From: Bilabrum cf. latius
Taxonomy: Eukaryota
Length of the DNA stretch: 64,000 nt
Direction: 5' to 3'
Assembly: GCA_965178125.1 (NCBI GenBank)
Contig: OZ237749.1
Location: forward strand, 248,001 to 312,000
Part shown: one piece after another, positions 59,389 through 64,000 of the stretch
How the letters are laid out: each line of letters begins with the position of its first letter
Numbering within the stretch: the stretch's first letter is position 1
Notes under the pieces: generated by a model
The model's input: the letters and a program-made list of their open reading frames with translations, nothing else
Databases searched by the model: none
Told to the model about the DNA's origin: nothing
Made by a program: the position numbers and the translations under genes

Positions 59389-60888
59389 TCAAAGCATTAA
59401 ACCGCCTTTTTTTCCTTTCCTTGATATAATTTCTTCTTTTTCATTTACGACCATTAAATCATTCTATCCGTGGATAATTAATTTCTATCCTTTTTCATTT
59501 ATCTATTCTTTTTTATATTCACCTAATTCTTTACCTACTTTAAAATTTAATCTTTTGTTAAATGTGATACTGTCGGTGTGAATTCGTATAATATGTTTAG
59601 CGTTGTTCTTATTCACTTTCTTCATCAATCGTTGTCTTCCATATGCCAGAATAAAAGGTTTCAATTTTCCCCAGCTATATTTAAAGGGTACTTTATGTTT
59701 TAAATGATAAATAAATTCTCCGTCATTATCCATTTCTACACGGTCAATATCAAATTTATCTATATTTATTTTTTTATCATCTTTTGATGTAATTGTCTTT
59801 TTAGAGGAACTACATAATTTACCCCATAATGAATTTAATATTTCTTTTGCTAGATATGATTTGCTTTTTAATTTGTAGAACATTGAGACATAGGATTTAA
59901 AAAGTGTTTCACCTTTGATATATTTATCATAGGTCATAAAATTAAATTCGTCGCTTGACATCTCTATCTCACACCCATATTTAACAAACATATTCATATC
60001 AGTAAAGACATAATAAGTAAATTCATTTTCAAATACCTTCATCATTTGAAAGATATTCGGGTCGCATTTTCCACGGCTTACCTTACATTTATAAATCCCT
60101 ATTTCGTTTTTATTATTTATCTATTTATTATCAATTGTTTTATAAATAGGATTTCCATATGGTAGTAGTGAATTAGATGACATAATGGCGGGGTAATGAC
60201 TATTTATATCGTAGGTGATAAACTCCTCATATTGTCCCTTCTTGTGATATTGAATCCCGCCACGCGTTGAACCTTCAATAAATACCGCTTCCTCTGGGGT
60301 TATATCTGGTGGGCTATCTATCATCATATTAAACATTGTAAAGAAATGAAGGGCTGTTTGTCTGATTCCATATTTCATTACATCTAATGATGGGTTCTCG
60401 TCGTGTAATTCATCACTTGCTATACTCAGCCTTAAGCTCCATTCTTTGATATCTTCATCCTCTGGGCATTCGTGAATGGTGTAATGAAGATAATATTTCT
60501 TTGAATGATAATCGGTTAGGCTCTCAACTCTATATTTATCTTTTTCAATTATTTCGGCTTTATCGGTTAATTTAACAACCATAGATTTATGGCACCGCAC
60601 AAATAAAGGTTTCATCCTCTAGACGGCTTTAAATGAACCATCTTTATATTCTAAACAAACCCTTTTAAAACTCTTTTTTTTCCTACTTAGATAATAGACC
60701 TTTATATCGTCTTTCTCTCTAATCTCTATATCCATTTTTAAACCTGAAACAAGTTTATAAAGGTTCTTTGTAGTTATGGGCTTACCGTTAAATACCTTTT
60801 CTAGATACTTCACGGATTGAATGGGGTTATCATACTTTTTACCAAAGCATATATTTAATTGATTTAACACATTTTCGTAATTTATCAT
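59389..60888 (-). CDS. Family B DNA polymerase, protein-primed type, unusually short (499 aa)
   Basis: Three track ORFs in one frame via TAG; ends TGA 59389. STRGG, YDINSHYPAIM, KEILNSLWGK, KPFILAYGR, RIHTDS, ELGEYK. Confidence 0.88.
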
Positions 60889-60966
60889 TTCCTATAGTAT
60901 ATTATATTTAATATATTTTTAAGCCATTTTAAACACATATTATAAAGTTTAAATTATAAAATGTAA

Positions 60967-61311
60967 TTATTGTTTCGGAGCAGTGAGGATTAATATAAAT
61001 CTCTTCACTTGCTCATCACTTAAGAAGGTATAGCGAGAAGAAGGACTGAATAACATTACATCATCCTTTAATTTAAATGGTGAACCAGTTCGCCAGCCTA
61101 TGGGGTAGAGAGAACTAACATACGCATCATAATTTTTTAAATGGGGCTTTTGTTTTAATAACCTCTAGATATATTTTTTTAATAAAGTCTTCATTTCTAA
61201 ATCATTATATCCATCATCATTTCCACGAAGAGGAAACACAAAATTATATACGGGCTTATTGTTTTTAATAAGTTGAGTTCTAACAATTTGAATATCACTT
61301 AATTTAACCAT
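60967..61311 (-). CDS. Viral hypothetical protein (114 aa), missing from the ORF track
   Basis: ATG 61311 to TAA 60967 with one TAG; preceded by the element's CTTAAA...TATA upstream motif. Confidence 0.68.
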
Positions 61312-61403
61312 TTTTATATATATACTATAGATATTTTATTTTTAAGCCAAATACACGCGTTTAAAATGACTTAAAGATTTTATTTTATTATAATATATAT
61401 AGA

Positions 61404-61949
61404 ATGTCAAAATTTGAGAGTTATGAACCAAGCGAATTAATGGAACTTTTAGAAGAGGGAGCCGTAAAGAAAGCCAAGAAATATATTAATCAATTCTTCT
61501 TTAAAACTTTTAAAGGGATATTTTTTAATAATACCGTAGAAGATAAATTTGAACTAGTGGATGAAGACGAATTAAATGGTTTGTATCTAACCCCTGATAT
61601 GAAAACCGACAGTGCCAAAAATCCATTTGTTCCATACATTTATATGTTTTCTAGTGAGCCCCCGATTTATTATACAGGAAATTTTGAGAGTAAAGACCCC
61701 ATAATGACAATTAAAAAGAAGGACAAACCCATCAAATATATTAATTTGTCATACGGTCAATTTATACCCGAGGAAGTAGAGGAACCAGAAGAAGAAGAAG
61801 AACCAATAAGACCCAAGAAAAAGACTAAGAAGAGGAATAAGAAGAAACAAAAACGTGATAATAATAGAAATGTTGATAAACCAGATGATGAAGATGATGA
61901 TGAAGAAACCTTTAGAGACCAACTAAACGAGGCATTAAAAGATTTCTAA
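61404..61949 (+). CDS. Viral hypothetical protein (181 aa) with charged C-terminus
   Basis: Clean ATG-TAA ORF with the shared upstream motif and a downstream hairpin. Confidence 0.75.
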   Translation: MSKFESYEPSELMELLEEGAVKKAKKYINQFFFKTFKGIFFNNTVEDKFELVDEDELNGLYLTPDMKTDSAKNPFVPYIYMFSSEPPIYYTGNFESKDPIMTIKKKDKPIKYINLSYGQFIPEEVEEPEEEEEPIRPKKKTKKRNKKKQKRDNNRNVDKPDDEDDDEETFRDQLNEALKDF

Positions 61950-62271
61950 ATAATTTAATATTTATACTAATATTAAATATGATATCTTTATTAATAGTTG
62001 AACACCTTGACCATCTAATAAAAGGGCTAGAATATTAAAATATATATGGTTATCTCTATAATAAAATCCATACGATGGCTATATCCACAAATTGCGTATT
62101 AGTATATGTATTATTTAGCAAAACGTGGATGGATTAGTTTTATGAAGATGATTTGATTGATAACGTATTTCTAGCCCAAAAGTTCCTTCACTTTAGAAGG
62201 TTGTAATATAGCCCCTTCTGACTCCCATCATCAATATGTTAAATATTAATTTTATCATTAATATCTAATTA

Positions 62272-62823
62272 TTATTTACCAATATGACATTTATAACAAA
62301 TTGAATATTTCATATCTTTAATTCTAGACACTCCGCATTTTTTACACGCCTTTTTTCCATATTTTGTAATCGTATAACAAGACTTACAGGTTGTCCTCCA
62401 ATCACCTCTAGCCATTTTACAAAGACACACATCACATCTTTTTTCATTCCTCTTTTTTTCCTCTAACTTTTTCTATTTCTTTTCTAACTCAATATGTCTT
62501 ATTCCTTCACAGTGCTTATTATATCGGTCTCTTGCGACATCCTTTTTACATATTCCACACCACTAATATAAACATTTTTTACGAATTTGATTTTCTTTAT
62601 CCTTTATCATCTACTTTATACAACTAGAACCCACTTTAAAAACATATCCACTAGGGGTATGCTCTATTTCGTGCTCGGTTCGTATCTCGTGCCCACAAAT
62701 ACAATTACCCAATTTATCACCTTGAATAACGGTTGAGCCAATATGAATTAATTTCTTCTAAATGTCCACCCATTTTATATTACCGGTATGTTCCTATATT
62801 TGTTCAATACACTTTTTACACAT
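62272..62823 (-). CDS. Viral multi-zinc-finger protein (183 aa), missing from the ORF track
   Basis: ATG 62823 to TAA 62272 with five TAGs; CICGHEI...VGSSCIK, CGIC...H...H, CDVC, CKSC, CKKC, CYKC. Confidence 0.8.
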
Positions 62824-62835
62824 TCTCTATATAAT

Positions 62836-62900
62836 ATCTATATAATATAATCTTTAAGTCATTTTAAACGCGTTATATTATAAAAAAGGGGCTTAAAAAT
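62836..62900 (-). promoter_or_regulatory. Conserved viral upstream element, near-identical at 63580-63644, with variants before most viral ATGs
   Basis: Sense-strand pattern GCGTTTAAAATGACTTAAAGATT...TATATAG..ATG; related copies at ~54684, ~57522, ~60935 (minus) and ~61356. Confidence 0.7.
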
Positions 62901-62980
62901 AGACACTATAGAAATAGATGATTATATTAATTAATATTATTAAAATATTAATTAATTAGACCGGTTAAATAGTTCTTTGG

Positions 62981-63088
62981 AAAGTATGAACCTACTTTGA
63001 AAAGTATGAACCAACTTCGGAAAGTATGAACCTACTTTGAAAAGTGTGAACCAACTTCGGAAAGTATGAACCTACTTTGGAAAGTATC
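62981..63088. repeat. 20-bp tandem repeat (alternating A/B units, 5 copies plus partial) in viral intergenic DNA
   Basis: AAAGTATGAACCTACTTTGA / AAAGTATGAACCAACTTCGG at 62981 + n*20. Confidence 0.93.
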
Positions 63089-63138
63089 ATTCACAGGTCA
63101 TATATTTATTTAATATGTATAAATAAATAATAAAATGA

Positions 63139-63567
63139 TTATCTAGAGACATCTATTAAATATTTGTTGAAATACGTGCCCACTATTTTATTATACTACT
63201 TCAAATGATACAGATACAGCGTCTTAAATTTATTATTTGTTTGTTTTAGACTGTCAAAACAACCATTTATATAACTTAGATATCTACTGTTTTCATCTGT
63301 GTCTTTATCCAAAACACAATCAAGTAATCCCATAGTTGTTTTCACATTTTTATAAGCGTTTAGATAATTATCATAAAAGTCTAATAGGTCTTCTAGTTCA
63401 GTTATATGATAATCTTTAGATTCTTTCTTAGTGGAGAAAATAGTGCTTTCCGTTTTCTCACGCTTTATAAAAGCCTCAGTCATTTTTTCTTCTTTTTTAA
63501 AGGCAATTTTGATTTCTTTTGATACGAGTCTATAAAAATTGTTCATTGTATCATAATAATTATCCAT
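63139..63567 (-). CDS. Viral hypothetical protein (142 aa)
   Basis: Track ORF extended through TAG 63196 to TAA 63139. Confidence 0.7.
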
Positions 63568-63671
63568 TGTGTGTATAATATCTATATAATATAATCTTTA
63601 AGTCATTTTAAACGCGTTATATTATAAAAAAGGGGCTTAAAAATTAATTACTATACATATTATATATAAAT

Positions 63672-64000
63672 ATGGACAAATAGAGATTTTCATTGACCTT
63701 TGGCGATGCTGGAGAGAATCATATAGGTATGGAAATGTTAGGTGAAAGGCTCAAGGAGGGAGAAGGATTTAAAAATGAAGATTTGAAGGGGGTGATGGAG
63801 GTATGCGAGGAGAAAGGGTTTAAATGTGAAATGATAAATTTAGATGAAGATGTAGATGAAGATTTAGGGGCTAGGGTATTAATAGTAAGGGAATTTTATA
63901 AAAAGAAGAAAATTAAAAAAGTCTTTGACGAGTTGAAGGGGTTAGAGTGGGACAAAAAGTATTTTGATAGAAGGCGGGGGAGGGTGTTAAATAAAAATGC
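63672..64000 (+). CDS. N-terminal part of a giant-virus-type putative 2OG-Fe(II) oxygenase (AlkB-like), truncated by window edge
   Basis: MDK*RFSLTFGDAGENHIGMEMLG...LEWDKKYFDRRRGRVLNKNA resembles, from recall, the N-terminus of NCLDV proteins of this family; the catalytic motifs would lie beyond the window. Confidence 0.6.

Larger units (their letters stand above)
52891..64000. mobile_element. Endogenous AT-rich DNA virus (Polinton-like virus/virophage-like), right end outside window
   Basis: Abrupt GC-rich to AT-rich switch right after the host 125-bp repeat; dense intronless genes including a pPolB-type polymerase and a Prim-Pol helicase; shared upstream motifs. Confidence 0.88.

Noticed and set aside
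1-64000. Mass pseudogenisation or sequencing error as the cause of fragmented ORFs
   Set aside because: Interruptions are exclusively in-frame TAG, frames never shift and motifs are intact; only the pogo transposase shows true TAA/TGA decay.
1-64000. TAG as pyrrolysine, or ciliate-type UAR=Gln code
   Set aside because: TAG aligns with Gln and swaps with CAG; TAA terminates genes at their expected ends (Arf, hAT transposase, viral genes).
52891-64000. Calling the element a mavirus-type virophage, or an organellar/bacterial contaminant
   Set aside because: No capsid, rve integrase or SF3 helicase seen in the window to support mavirus. Sharing the host's TAG code and a clean junction inside a host repeat argue against contamination.
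1-64000. tRNA-Gln(CUA) or other RNA genes
   Set aside because: No cloverleaf or rRNA recognised by eye; tRNAscan-SE would be needed to exclude them.

Overview
Eukaryotic (protist) nuclear DNA with GT-AG introns and a non-standard genetic code: TAG is read as Gln, while TAA and TGA remain stops (the assignment of NCBI table 15). The standard-code ORF track fragments almost every gene. Read with TAG=Gln, the GC-rich host part (1 to ~52,890) resolves into about 17 compact genes. These include NudC-family, multi-SRCR membrane, ankyrin, flavin amine oxidase, Spt3, DnaJ, Arf-like GTPase, CENP-X-like, RRM/RGG, a ~2,350-aa Clu-TPR-UBA protein and a GH25 lysozyme. The host part also carries an intact hAT transposon (22-bp TIRs, 8-bp TSD, 978-aa transposase, internal 168-bp satellite), a decayed pogo-like element, 5'-truncated RLE-type non-LTR retrotransposon copies ending in poly(C), and a ~2.5-kb two-gene duplication. 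At ~52,891 the sequence switches abruptly to an AT-rich, intronless endogenous DNA virus (Polinton-like/virophage-like) that runs off the window. It encodes a small protein-primed-type PolB, a Prim-Pol/SF2 helicase, zinc-finger proteins and giant-virus-like ORFs, and it too uses TAG as Gln heavily. No capsid, packaging ATPase or integrase gene was recognised within the window, so its class is provisional. All translations were done by eye; family names rest on recalled motifs, not database searches.
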